DNA of 64,000 nt from Acidobacteriota bacterium (GCA_963666055.2 CAXWPH010000007.1:192001-256000); one strand, 5' to 3'. Shown: positions 9,755-19,240, counted from the first letter of the stretch. Notes: generated by a model from the sequence alone, not told the origin. A program made the numbers and translations.

Positions 9755-10294
9755 ATGACGCAGCCGCAGCAGGTCGAGATGACACAGGTGAGCGCCGAGC
9801 GGCTGCTCGAGATCGGCCGCCAGCTGCACGCCGACGGCGAGCGCTGGCACAACCACGTGCTATCAGCCGATTGCGAGCTCAACCCGCGCACCCAACCTGC
9901 CCTGCTGGTGGAAGCATCGGATCGCGACGTTGTCTACGTGACCTACTCTGAAGAACCCATGATGGACCTCGGGCGCGCACTGGCGACGATGGTGCACGGC
10001 GCCGATCCGCTCGAATGGAGCGCCGATGGGGCCACCCAGGCCGATCTGCAGCCCGACTCGCCCATGGTGGCGGAGATGATGGAGCGCGCCCGTAGCCTCT
10101 CCGACCGGGGGCAGCACTGGCACCACCATGTTCTGTTCCCCGAGTGTGTCTTCAATCCCCATCCGGGTGCGTGGACGCTCGTATTCGAGGACCCCGAGAC
10201 ACTGGAAGCGCTGGAGAGCGTCACCCCGGAGCGGCCCGACCATGACATCCGGGTCACGGAAACGCTGTTCTTTTCGCAGACCGTCCACGACTGA
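9755..10294 (+). CDS. Hypothetical protein with an internally duplicated His/Cys motif
   Basis: Two copies: GERWHNHVLSADCELNP and GQHWHHHVLFPECVFNP. Confidence 0.8.
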   Translation: MTQPQQVEMTQVSAERLLEIGRQLHADGERWHNHVLSADCELNPRTQPALLVEASDRDVVYVTYSEEPMMDLGRALATMVHGADPLEWSADGATQADLQPDSPMVAEMMERARSLSDRGQHWHHHVLFPECVFNPHPGAWTLVFEDPETLEALESVTPERPDHDIRVTETLFFSQTVHD

Positions 10295-10299
10295 ACCGG

Positions 10300-11910
10300 G
10301 TGCCCCTCATGAGCTACCGCGCCATCACCTTGCTGGCGTTGCTGTCGTGGCCCGTCGCCGCCAGCGGCGGCATGCTGGCCCAGGAACCGGTGGACTACGA
10401 CGTCATCCAACGGATCAAAGACGAGGCCTTCAACCGCTCGCGAGTCGCGGAGCTCGTCAGCACCATCGCCGACGTCTACGGACCGCGCTTTTCCAACTCC
10501 CCTGCCTACAACGAAGCAACGCACTGGGCGCGCGAGAAGTTCCGGGAGTTCGGCGTCGATGCCGTGGTCGAGCCATTCGGCACCGTCGGGGTGGGCTGGC
10601 AGAACGAGTACACCTCGTTTCACATGATGGAGCCGCAGTACCAGACACTAATCGCCTACCCCGTTCCATGGACCCGCGGCACCGACGGCCAGATTCGGAG
10701 CACCGCGATCCAGGTGAACGCCGAGGAGATTCGCTCGGCGGCCGATCTCGAGCCGTACGGCGCGCTGGTGGACGGCAAGATCGTCTTCATCGCTCCCTCA
10801 CGAGAGCTGCAGCCGAGCTTTACGCCCGACGGGATCCGCTTCACTCGGGAGCAGCTCGACGACTGGGCGAGCTTTCGCATCCTGCCGGAGCCGGAGCTCG
10901 TGCTGCTGGCAGAGGCTGAGTACGACAAGCTGGTCGACGGTGCGCTGGCCGCACCGATGGAGGCGACCGCCATCGCCGAGTTCCTCGATCGTGCCGGCGC
11001 CGTGGCGCTCGTTTCGCCGGGTCTCGGTACCGATCAGGGCGCCTTCGACAAGGGTACGGTCCGCGTCGTGGGCGGTGAGCCCATCATGCCGGGCGACCCG
11101 AAGCCGATGCCACATGTGATCGTCGCCGCGGAGCACTACAACCGGGTAATCCGCGTGCTCGGCATGGGTAGGGATGTCGAGCTCGAGCTGGAGGTCCGCG
11201 TTCGCTACGACGAGCAAGACCTGCAGGACTACAACGTCGTGGCGGAAATTTCCGGCAGCGATCTGGCCCACGAGGTGGTCATTATCGGCGGCCACTTCGA
11301 CGCCGAGTCGGCCGGCACCGGGGCCACCGACAACGGCGCCGGCAGCGCCGTGGTCATGGAGGCGATGCGTATTCTTCGGGCCATCGACGCGCCCCCGCGG
11401 CGCACCATCCGCGGCATCCTCTGGGGATCTGAGGAAGCCGGCCTGCTCGGTTCGCGCGGCTACGTGCGCAACCACTTCGTCGATATCGAGTCCGGCGAGC
11501 GTCTGCCCGATTACGAGAACTTCTCGGTGTACTTCAACACCGACTGGTACGGTCGCTTCCGCGGCCTGTTCATCGAGGGCAACAGCCTGGTGGCGCCTAT
11601 CTTCCGCGCCTGGATGGAGCCATTCCACGACCTCGGATTTACCCACCTGCTGCCCGTGCCGACCGGCGGCACCGACAGCGTCTCGTTCAACGAGGCGGGC
11701 TTGCCAGGGTTCAAGTTCCTGCAGGACGACCTCGAGTACTTCACCAAGACCTGGCACTCCAACATGGACGTCTACGATCGCATCGTCGTCGCCGACCTGA
11801 TGGGCAACGCCGCGATTCTGGCCAGCTTCGCCTATCACGCCGCCACGCGTGACGAGAAGATCCCCAGATCCGACACGCAGGTCATCAGCAAGCGTTCACT
11901 GAATCGCTAG
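10300..11910 (+). CDS. M28 family peptidase (carboxypeptidase Q-like), secreted
   Basis: YGPR, GGHFD, GATDNGAG, SEEAGLLGS, GGTD and WHSNMD motifs. Confidence 0.92.
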   Translation: MPLMSYRAITLLALLSWPVAASGGMLAQEPVDYDVIQRIKDEAFNRSRVAELVSTIADVYGPRFSNSPAYNEATHWAREKFREFGVDAVVEPFGTVGVGWQNEYTSFHMMEPQYQTLIAYPVPWTRGTDGQIRSTAIQVNAEEIRSAADLEPYGALVDGKIVFIAPSRELQPSFTPDGIRFTREQLDDWASFRILPEPELVLLAEAEYDKLVDGALAAPMEATAIAEFLDRAGAVALVSPGLGTDQGAFDKGTVRVVGGEPIMPGDPKPMPHVIVAAEHYNRVIRVLGMGRDVELELEVRVRYDEQDLQDYNVVAEISGSDLAHEVVIIGGHFDAESAGTGATDNGAGSAVVMEAMRILRAIDAPPRRTIRGILWGSEEAGLLGSRGYVRNHFVDIESGERLPDYENFSVYFNTDWYGRFRGLFIEGNSLVAPIFRAWMEPFHDLGFTHLLPVPTGGTDSVSFNEAGLPGFKFLQDDLEYFTKTWHSNMDVYDRIVVADLMGNAAILASFAYHAATRDEKIPRSDTQVISKRSLNR

Positions 11911-11958
11911 CAGGCCGTGGTGGAAGTGTGACGCACCAAACTTCCACCACGGCCTGCC
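11907..11958. repeat. Minimal MITE/REP-like hairpin (18-bp arms, 12-nt loop)
   Basis: CTA-GCAGGCCGTGGTGGAAGT-gtgacgcaccaa-ACTTCCACCACGGCCTGC. Confidence 0.7.
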
Positions 11959-11978
11959 AACCCCCCGGAGCAATCAGC

Positions 11979-14774
11979 ATGCCCTTGGTCGCCACCGTTC
12001 TCGTCGTCCTCACCATGCTGGCCGGCGCCGTCGCTGTCGGTGCCCCGCAAGCGACCGAGCCGCTGCCGGATATCGACACGTCCACCTCGGCCAACGGCGT
12101 CGTGGCACTGCCGCAAACCGTCTCGCCGGTCATTCGCGAGGTCTTCGCGAAGTACACCAAGGTGGTGGCGCCCAACGGCAAGCCGATCCACATCCTCGCC
12201 CAGGACGGCTGGAGCGACGCCCGCATCGTCAAGGCGCGCAATGTGCTCGAGCACATCCTGCGCGACGTTCCGGGAACCAAGTACGGCGCCGACAAGCGCA
12301 TCGTCGCCAATGCGATGGCCGACAACCGGGCAACGCTGACCCTATTCAGAACCGAGCCGGACATGCGCGCCGCCTTTCGCGGGCCGCTGCGGGATGTCGA
12401 GCTCGGCATGCAGGACCTGCGCGCCAACGAGGCGCCGGTCGAGGGTCACGAGGACTACATGGCGCACCGCACCCGCGACGCCTCCTACGAGGAGGTGCTG
12501 CACATGGTGCACGACTACGGCATCAAGCCGGCGCTGCCCGAGATGCAGGAGGAGCTACGGCGTATCACCCGCGCCGCCATGGACCGAGGCTTGTGGCGCG
12601 GCAACCAGGATGACCTCGAGAACGAGCCCAACGAGTACTTCGCAGCGATCTACGACAACTACTTGGATCTCTGGACGGTGCCTCCGACCGTCTATGAGGG
12701 GCGGCCGATAGACCCGGACAGAATCCCCGCCGGCACCTCCCATTTCGGCGGATACGGCGCCAGAGGCCGCCACGGCCTGCGACTGTCGGATCCCGAGGGG
12801 CTGGCGATCCTGCAGGAGTTCTTCCCGCCGTTCCTCACCTACACACCCGAGCTACCAGCAGAATTCGAGGGCACGTTCTCGATGCAGCGCGACGGCTCGC
12901 TGCGCTACACCGCCAAGTCGCAGCACCTCAAGAACGCCACGTTAACCGGCAACAACGACGCCGGCCTGATCGGCAACGCTTGGGACAACCAACTCACCGG
13001 CAACAGCGGCGACAACACGCTGCGCGGCAACGCCGGCGCCGACTTGCTCGACGGCGGCCACGGCACCGACACCGCCGTCTACGAGGGCAATGCCGACGAA
13101 TATGACGTGGCACGTGACGGCGCCACGATCAGGGTCACAGACCGACGTATCGATCGCGACGGATCCGACCTGCTCCTCAATATCGAGCGCCTCGCCTTCG
13201 CCGACGGCACCGTAAGCTTGCAGGACTTGGCGAGCGCCGCGGGCCCGGCCAGCTACGCGGATCTGCTGGGGTTGTTCGAGGACTTCCGTGCGTTCCTCGC
13301 CGCCCAGAGGGTCGAGGGCGTGCCCGACTACTCGGCGAGCGCCATGGCGGATCAGTTCGAGGAGCTGAAGCAATATCAGCAGCGCCTCGCCGCAATGGAT
13401 CCTGGTGACTGGTCAATCTCCCAGCAGGTCGACTATCAGCTGGTGCGCGCGGAGATGAACGGACTCGAGTTCCGCCACCGCGTGCTGGTGCCGTGGTTGC
13501 TCGATCCAGGCTTCTACAACGACGCGCTGCCACGCACACGTCTGCGGGGCGACGGGGCGCTCACCGAGGAGCAGCGCGCCACCCTGCGAGACCGGCTCCG
13601 ATCTGTCGGCGGCATTCTCGAGCAGGCACGGGTGGACCTCGACGACCTGTCGGCCGTCGCCGGCGACCTGGGCACGCTGGCGGTGCTGTCGCTAGGCGAC
13701 ACCCGGGCCGCCTACGAGTCGCTGCGAGCGCGCCTGGCGGAGCATCACCCGGAGCTCGTAGCCGACCTCGAGGCGGCGCTCGCCGCCATCGATGGCTACA
13801 TCGGGTGGATCGAGGCCAACAAGCACCGCATGACGGCACGCGCCGGGGTAGGCAAGGACAACTACAACTGGTTGCTCAAGAACGTCTACCTCTTCCCCTA
13901 CACCTGGGAAGAGGTGCGCACGATCGTCGAGCTCGAGGACAACCGCGTCATCACCTACCAGCGGCTGGAGGAGAACCGCAACCGCGACGTCCCCGCCATC
14001 GAGCCGGTGCAATCGCAGGCCGAGTACAAGGCCAGCGTCTCCGCGGCGATCGACCACCTGATGGATTTCCTGCGCGACCAGGAGATCTTCACGGTGAACG
14101 ACTACCTGACGCCCGACGAGTACTTCGGCTCCTGGCACGGGTTCGACAACCCCTGGCCCGAGAAGCACGATTACTTCTTCAATTTCTCGCACCGTGAGCC
14201 GTTGATGGAGGAGACGCACGAGATGGTCGGACACCATTTCGACGGACTGCGGTCGAGAAACGACGACCGTCCGATTCGCGGCGGCCGCCGCCCCTTCAAG
14301 ATCGGCACGGCGCGCGGTGAGGGCTTCGCCTTCGCGCTCGAAGAGCTACTGATGCACGCCGGCTACCTCGACGGACGAAACCCGCACGGCCGCGAGATCG
14401 CCTACGAGCAGTCGGCGTTCCGCACCGTGCGGGCACTCTCCGACATCTACATGCACAGCGGCGACTGGACGCTCGCCGATGCGATGGAATTCTGCGTCGC
14501 CAACGCACCCCATGGAGAGCTGCTCGATGGCAGCCACCACCTGTGGTTCGAGCTCGACACCACGCTGCGCGGCGTCGGACACCACATGTTGATGGTGGTC
14601 GGCAAGGTGCAGTTCATAAAGCTGTTCCGCGACCGCGCCAACCAGCTAGGCGACGAGTTCAAGCTCAGCGAGTTCCTCGATGAGGTACTCGACACCGGAT
14701 CGATTCCCTGGTCGCTGATCCGCTGGGAGATGACCGGCCTCGACGACGAGATCCGCCAGCTGACGTCCGGATAG
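11979..14774 (+). CDS. Secreted multidomain protein: gluzincin-like domain + RTX Ca-binding repeats + DUF885-like domain
   Basis: RDASYEEVLHMVH...NEYF; LTGNSGDNTLRGNAGADLLDGGHGTD repeats; THEMVGHH and GEGFAFALEEL (DUF885-like). Confidence 0.85.
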   Translation: MPLVATVLVVLTMLAGAVAVGAPQATEPLPDIDTSTSANGVVALPQTVSPVIREVFAKYTKVVAPNGKPIHILAQDGWSDARIVKARNVLEHILRDVPGTKYGADKRIVANAMADNRATLTLFRTEPDMRAAFRGPLRDVELGMQDLRANEAPVEGHEDYMAHRTRDASYEEVLHMVHDYGIKPALPEMQEELRRITRAAMDRGLWRGNQDDLENEPNEYFAAIYDNYLDLWTVPPTVYEGRPIDPDRIPAGTSHFGGYGARGRHGLRLSDPEGLAILQEFFPPFLTYTPELPAEFEGTFSMQRDGSLRYTAKSQHLKNATLTGNNDAGLIGNAWDNQLTGNSGDNTLRGNAGADLLDGGHGTDTAVYEGNADEYDVARDGATIRVTDRRIDRDGSDLLLNIERLAFADGTVSLQDLASAAGPASYADLLGLFEDFRAFLAAQRVEGVPDYSASAMADQFEELKQYQQRLAAMDPGDWSISQQVDYQLVRAEMNGLEFRHRVLVPWLLDPGFYNDALPRTRLRGDGALTEEQRATLRDRLRSVGGILEQARVDLDDLSAVAGDLGTLAVLSLGDTRAAYESLRARLAEHHPELVADLEAALAAIDGYIGWIEANKHRMTARAGVGKDNYNWLLKNVYLFPYTWEEVRTIVELEDNRVITYQRLEENRNRDVPAIEPVQSQAEYKASVSAAIDHLMDFLRDQEIFTVNDYLTPDEYFGSWHGFDNPWPEKHDYFFNFSHREPLMEETHEMVGHHFDGLRSRNDDRPIRGGRRPFKIGTARGEGFAFALEELLMHAGYLDGRNPHGREIAYEQSAFRTVRALSDIYMHSGDWTLADAMEFCVANAPHGELLDGSHHLWFELDTTLRGVGHHMLMVVGKVQFIKLFRDRANQLGDEFKLSEFLDEVLDTGSIPWSLIRWEMTGLDDEIRQLTSG

Positions 14775-14803
14775 GCAACCGAAACCGTCGACGAGCTCGA
14801 GGT

Positions 14804-14827
14804 CTAGCGGGCCGTGGTGGAAGTGTG
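14804..14827. repeat. Solo copy of the MITE-like end
   Basis: CTAGCGGGCCGTGGTGGAAGTGTG, 23/24 identical to 11907-11930. Confidence 0.7.
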
Positions 14828-14835
14828 GCGGATCG

Positions 14836-15762
14836 CTAACGGAGTACGGCACCTTCGCCGTGCTCGTCGATCATCTTCTGGATGTGCTCGACGAGTATGG
14901 TGCGCCGCTCGAGCAGCGCATTCAGCTGCCGCGGGACCAACAACGTGTCGACCGCAGCGCGAGTCTGGTCATCGGTCACCTGGTGAAGCAGCTGCCACAT
15001 GCGCTCCGTGCACCACACGATCTCATCGCCGTAGCGGAGCTCTGTGCGCACCTGGAAGGCGCGCGAGTGATCGATCATCCAGAGCTCCCAATCTACGTCG
15101 ACCAGGTAGTTGCCGCTGTTGCGGTCGTCGTTGAAGATCAGGCTGTCGAACAGTCGCATGGCCTGGAGCTGGAGTATCCAGTCGTTCGTCACTGGCGGGC
15201 CCGACGCCGTCTCTCGTTGGTCTCGCTCGCTTTGCGTTCCCTCCATCCACAACTGCACGCTTCCATCGATGCCGTTGACCTTGCGGCAGGCCGTAGGCGG
15301 CACGTTGTCGAGCTCCAACAGACGCGCTATCTCGTAGGCGGCGCACTGGCTCTTGTAGCTGTCGTAGTAACGGCGAAACATGCGCCCGTTCACTCGGGAG
15401 TCGTGCGTCACCTTGTCGACATCGTGAAAGGCGCCGCGCACGCGCACGCCGTCGCGCTCGAGCACCAGACGTTTGATCCCCGTAATGCCGATGCCGAAGT
15501 CCTCTGACGACACGACCTCGGCGGTACGGAGGAACTCCGTCGCCTCCTCGTAGGTTCGAAACGGCAACGGCTTGCCATCGGGGCCCGACCACAGGTGAGC
15601 ATCCTCGGCGTCATCCTGGAAGGCGCCCTCGATCTCGCCCGTGGCCACCGCGTCTTGCGCGAACGCCTCCGAGGTGACGAAGGGAGTCATCAACATGAGC
15701 GTCGCCACCATGGTGACGCTCATAGGTCTGGCCGAACGCTGGCACATCATCGTCTTATCCAA
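14836..15762 (-). CDS. Secreted PI3/PI4-kinase-like (HipA/FAM20-like fold) protein
   Basis: LFDSLIFNDDRNSGNYL...WMIDHSRAF catalytic-loop-like motifs; signal peptide ending AFA-Q. Start uncertain. Confidence 0.75.
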   Translation of the reverse strand: MDKTMMCQRSARPMSVTMVATLMLMTPFVTSEAFAQDAVATGEIEGAFQDDAEDAHLWSGPDGKPLPFRTYEEATEFLRTAEVVSSEDFGIGITGIKRLVLERDGVRVRGAFHDVDKVTHDSRVNGRMFRRYYDSYKSQCAAYEIARLLELDNVPPTACRKVNGIDGSVQLWMEGTQSERDQRETASGPPVTNDWILQLQAMRLFDSLIFNDDRNSGNYLVDVDWELWMIDHSRAFQVRTELRYGDEIVWCTERMWQLLHQVTDDQTRAAVDTLLVPRQLNALLERRTILVEHIQKMIDEHGEGAVLR

Positions 15763-15772
15763 GGCCCCCTTA

Positions 15773-16000
15773 CTAACTCACCGGTCCCAGGTATTCGTCA
15801 AGGAACGGAATCATGGCCTTCATCACGTCGTCGGGCCGAACCACGTGGCCTCCCTCCGGCTGGACGAGCATCTTGTGCTCGCCCGGCGTCCCCAACAGTT
15901 CGAGGTGGAGCTCGGCGCAGGTCTCCTTCGGACAGCCACCGTCGAAGAGACCGTTGATCAGCAGGGTCGGCAGCTTGATGTGGGGCATGTAGTTAACCTG
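15773..16000 (-). pseudogene. C-terminal remnant of an alpha/beta (dienelactone-type) hydrolase domain
   Basis: QVNYMPHIKLPTLLINGLFD...LLGTP..HK..EGGH...FLDEYLGPV; the nucleophile-bearing N-part is missing. Confidence 0.65.
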
Positions 16001-16114
16001 TCTCGCCTGCGGGGTGGCCTGGCCGACGACGGCTCCGCAGCCGTCGTCACCCGTGATCTCGACCGCGCCAACCTATTCGCGATCGAAGGCTACCGATAAC
16101 GGCGCGCCAGTGGA

Positions 16115-16146
16115 TTGTGGAGTCAACTGTGGACTAGACTCCACAA
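16115..16146. promoter_or_regulatory. Inverted-repeat operator of the TA operon
   Basis: TTGTGGAGTC-N12-GACTCCACAA immediately before ATG 16148. Confidence 0.7.
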
Positions 16147-16147
16147 C

Positions 16148-16381
16148 ATGGCTACGATTCAGGTCGTCTTGGACGAAGGATTGCTGCGAGACGCGGACCA
16201 GGCTGCGGAGCGCCAGGGAGTGAACCGCTCGGCGCTGATACGAAGCGCCTTGAGGGACTTCCTGCGCAGCGATCGGCTCAGCGCCCTGGAGCGTCAAGAT
16301 CGCGACGGCTATGAAAGGGTGCCCGAGCGCGTCGAAGAGCTCGCCGTCTGGGAGGACATTCTCGAGTGGCCCGCAGACTAG
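16148..16381 (+). CDS. Ribbon-helix-helix (CopG) antitoxin
   Basis: MATIQVVLDEGLL..AD..A...GVNRSALIRSAL; overlaps the toxin gene. Confidence 0.88.
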   Translation: MATIQVVLDEGLLRDADQAAERQGVNRSALIRSALRDFLRSDRLSALERQDRDGYERVPERVEELAVWEDILEWPAD

Positions 16382-16719
16382 GGTCCCGGCTGGAGCGCGG
16401 GGAAGTTCGACTCGTCAGCTTCGCCGCGCCGAACAAGGTCAGGCCGGCGCTGGTCTTGACTCGGGACAGTGCCCTGGACTACCTGAACCGCGTAACGGTG
16501 GCGCCGATCACCTCGTCCATTCGAGGTGTGCCGTCGGAGGTGCGGCTCGGTGTCGAGGACGGCATGAAGCGTGATTGCGTCGTCAACCTGCACCATCTGG
16601 CCACCATCCCCCGCAACCGGCTCGGGCGCCGCGTCGCGCGCCTGAGCGACGAGCGCATGCGCTCGGTGTGCCGGGCGATCGGCTTCGCGCTGGGCTGCGA
16701 GGACAGGTCGCCTCGGTAA
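16366..16719 (+). CDS. mazF: PemK/MazF family toxin
   Basis: RGEVRLV, KVRPALVLT, VTVAPITS and CVVNL motifs. Confidence 0.9.
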   Translation: MARRLGSRLERGEVRLVSFAAPNKVRPALVLTRDSALDYLNRVTVAPITSSIRGVPSEVRLGVEDGMKRDCVVNLHHLATIPRNRLGRRVARLSDERMRSVCRAIGFALGCEDRSPR

Positions 16720-16828
16720 GCGTTTCGCTCTCCACCAGCTCCATGGCGATGAACCGGACCCCATCGGACTCCTCGAACCCGTAGATGGTGGCGATGATGG
16801 GGTGATTCAGGGAGGCGAGCAGCTTCGC
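16712..16828 (-). pseudogene. Internal fragment of a Hanks-type Ser/Thr kinase (subdomains III-V)
   Basis: AKLLASLNHPIIATIYGFEESDGVRFIAMELVESETL, with no kinase sequence on either side. Confidence 0.8.
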
Positions 16829-16863
16829 CGGCGCGCCTTGACTCCGATAGTTGGTCGTCCCGG

Positions 16864-18567
16864 CTAGTCGGCGATCGAGTCCCAGTTCTCCACCAGGTGC
16901 TCGGCGGTGCGCCAGGCGAGCGCCTGGGCGGTGAGTGTCGGGTTGCGCGCACCGCTGGTGCCCATCACGGAGGCTCCGAGAACACCGAGATTCGGGGCCT
17001 CGTGTGAGAAGCCCCATCGATCGACGACGTTGGTGTCGGGATTGTCGCCCATGCGTGTGCCCCCGTAGGCGTGATCCGTCGGCCCCATCGTGTCGATCGG
17101 GCGCTTGACGATCTCCACCGCGCCCGCCTCCCTGTACCACTCCGCCATCTTGTCTTGCAGGAAGACGGCGAGCTTTCTTTCGTTGCCCTTGAAATCGGCC
17201 GTGATGCGGCACACCGGATCGCCGAGGGGATCCTTCACGGTCGGATGGAGGTCGAGGTAGTTGCCCTCGTACGGCAGCGTCGTCGTCTGAATGAAGCACC
17301 GGTTCGAGCGATCGGCGTTCTCCATGATGAACGACTTCCAGTCCGAGCCCCACCGTGGGGCGCGCCCGAAGGTGTTCATGTTCGCGGCGCTGATCGGTTT
17401 TCTCTCGGTGTGGACCCAAAGGTTGCCGCCGCCGATGAAATCGAGCCCGTCGTGGTCGAAGTTGTCGTCGGCCCAGTCGTCGATCGCCACGCCCTGCGCC
17501 GGCAGTCCATACCAGGTGTTGAGGTCGCGCGGAAAAAGGGCCACGACGCCGCTGAACATGTTGTGGCTGAGATAGTGCTTGCCGAGCTGACCGTGGTTGT
17601 TCGACAGGCCGTTCGGATAGGTCGTCGAAGTCGACAGCAGCAGAAGCCGGACATTCTCGTAGGTGAAGCTGGCGAGCAGCACGACCGACGCCGGCTGAAA
17701 GTACGTCTCACCGTCTTTGAGGTAGTAGACACCACGCACGCGTCCGTCCTCGGTATCGGCGATTCGCAGGACGTGAGCCCGCGGCACCACCTGCAAGCTC
17801 CCCGTGTCTATTGCCCTGGGGATCGTCGTTACGGCGGTCGAGTTCTTGGCACTGACGTGGCAGCCGCCGCGACTACAGAAGCCGTGGTAAACACAGGCCG
17901 ACCGGCTCTGGTACGGGCGTGAGTTGATCGCTGCCGGGCCCGGGAAAGGGTGCCACCCGAGACCTCGCGCGGCGCCCAACATGAGCTCGGTGAATCCGGT
18001 GCCTCGTAGCGGCGGCATCGGATACTCGCGGCGCCGCGCACCCTCGAAGATGTTGCCACCGGGATCGATCTCGCCGTCGATGTTGCCGGCCTTGCCCGAG
18101 ACCCCGATCTCATACTCCACGCGATCGTAATAGGGCTCGAGCTCCTCCAAGCCGAACGGCCAATCCTCCACCGTTGAGCCCGCCGGGACGCGCGAGGCAC
18201 CGTAGCGTTGGGTGGTCTCGCTCACCACCTTGAAGTCCCACGGGTGGAGACGCCAGCTCTGCGCCCAGTAATGCAGAGACGTGCCGCCGACCGCGTTCAT
18301 CATCGGGTGGATGGAGTGGCGGGGCGAGTCGGGCGCCGAAGCGTTGCGGCGTTGGACCGGAACCTCCCGGTTCGCCTTCTGCACCGAGCGTGGCCAACCG
18401 CGCCGGTGCTGCAGCTCGTCGGGGGCGAAGTCCGAGGGGCCGAGCCAGTCTCCCGCCTCGAGCCCGATCACTTCCAGCCCCGCCTGGGCCAGCGGCAAGG
18501 CCGCCACACCGCCGACCGCTCCGAGGCCGATGACGACCACGTCGGTCTTCTTCAGCTCAACGGCCAC
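16864..18567 (-). CDS. GMC family oxidoreductase (gluconate 2-dehydrogenase flavoprotein-like)
   Basis: DVVVIGLGAVGG, VGGTSLHY, CVYHGFC..GGC, HAYGGTRMG and NPTLT motifs. Confidence 0.92.
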   Translation of the reverse strand: MAVELKKTDVVVIGLGAVGGVAALPLAQAGLEVIGLEAGDWLGPSDFAPDELQHRRGWPRSVQKANREVPVQRRNASAPDSPRHSIHPMMNAVGGTSLHYWAQSWRLHPWDFKVVSETTQRYGASRVPAGSTVEDWPFGLEELEPYYDRVEYEIGVSGKAGNIDGEIDPGGNIFEGARRREYPMPPLRGTGFTELMLGAARGLGWHPFPGPAAINSRPYQSRSACVYHGFCSRGGCHVSAKNSTAVTTIPRAIDTGSLQVVPRAHVLRIADTEDGRVRGVYYLKDGETYFQPASVVLLASFTYENVRLLLLSTSTTYPNGLSNNHGQLGKHYLSHNMFSGVVALFPRDLNTWYGLPAQGVAIDDWADDNFDHDGLDFIGGGNLWVHTERKPISAANMNTFGRAPRWGSDWKSFIMENADRSNRCFIQTTTLPYEGNYLDLHPTVKDPLGDPVCRITADFKGNERKLAVFLQDKMAEWYREAGAVEIVKRPIDTMGPTDHAYGGTRMGDNPDTNVVDRWGFSHEAPNLGVLGASVMGTSGARNPTLTAQALAWRTAEHLVENWDSIAD

Positions 18568-19240
18568 GGCCTTCACCTGGCTTCGAGAACCCCTGATAGT
18601 CGTACGCCGACCGGCGACTCGGCGTAACGGCGCCGTCCATGCGCTGCTGTGACTCGGTAACCACCACTCGGACGCCGGGATAGCCGAGCAGGTCCCAGCC
18701 GACGAAATCCCGGTTACCGCCGTAGTGCGGGTCGCAGAAAGTGCCTTCGATCGTATGCGCCCGGAGCAGCCCGAAGAACTCGGCCGAGCTCGAGTCGAAG
18801 CCGCTCGCAACGCCCTGCTCCATGTCGCTCAAGACGTCGTCCTGATCCCCTTCCGAGAGCCCGGCGAAAGGCGCGCCCCTGGAGGCTCGTGCGTACCCGT
18901 CCACCGCGGCGAGGCCCGCCGCGTATGCCTCGCGGTGCAACGCAAGAGCGCCGGACAGAGCGCGGTCGATGTAGCGCGCAGCGCCGGCCTCGACGGCGCC
19001 CGGTCCGCTATCGTCGGTCGGAATCAACCGCGCGACGATCGCCTCGAGCACTCCGGATTCCGCCGCGGTGAGCGTCTCGAAGGCGTCCTGGGCGGTTGCG
19101 GCCTCCTGTGCTCGAGCAAGAGTTGGCACCGGCAGGGTCGCCGTCGCGCCAACGATTCCGGCTCGCTTCAGCAGCTCGCGGCGCGACAGACCTCTGCCAG
19201 TCAAGAGCGCCCTGATGAACTCCCCGAGCTTCGTCGACAT
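18557..19240 (-). CDS. Gluconate 2-dehydrogenase subunit 3 family, Tat-exported
   Basis: SRRELLK Tat motif; RLIPTDDSGPGA, EGTFCDPHYGGN and GWDLLGYPG motifs. Confidence 0.9.
   Translation of the reverse strand: MSTKLGEFIRALLTGRGLSRRELLKRAGIVGATATLPVPTLARAQEAATAQDAFETLTAAESGVLEAIVARLIPTDDSGPGAVEAGAARYIDRALSGALALHREAYAAGLAAVDGYARASRGAPFAGLSEGDQDDVLSDMEQGVASGFDSSSAEFFGLLRAHTIEGTFCDPHYGGNRDFVGWDLLGYPGVRVVVTESQQRMDGAVTPSRRSAYDYQGFSKPGEGRGR

Noticed and set aside
11907-14827. Repeats as a CRISPR array or integron attC sites
   Set aside because: Only one hairpin and one solo arm, no regular spacers, no cas or intI gene, and no convincing attC R-box structure.
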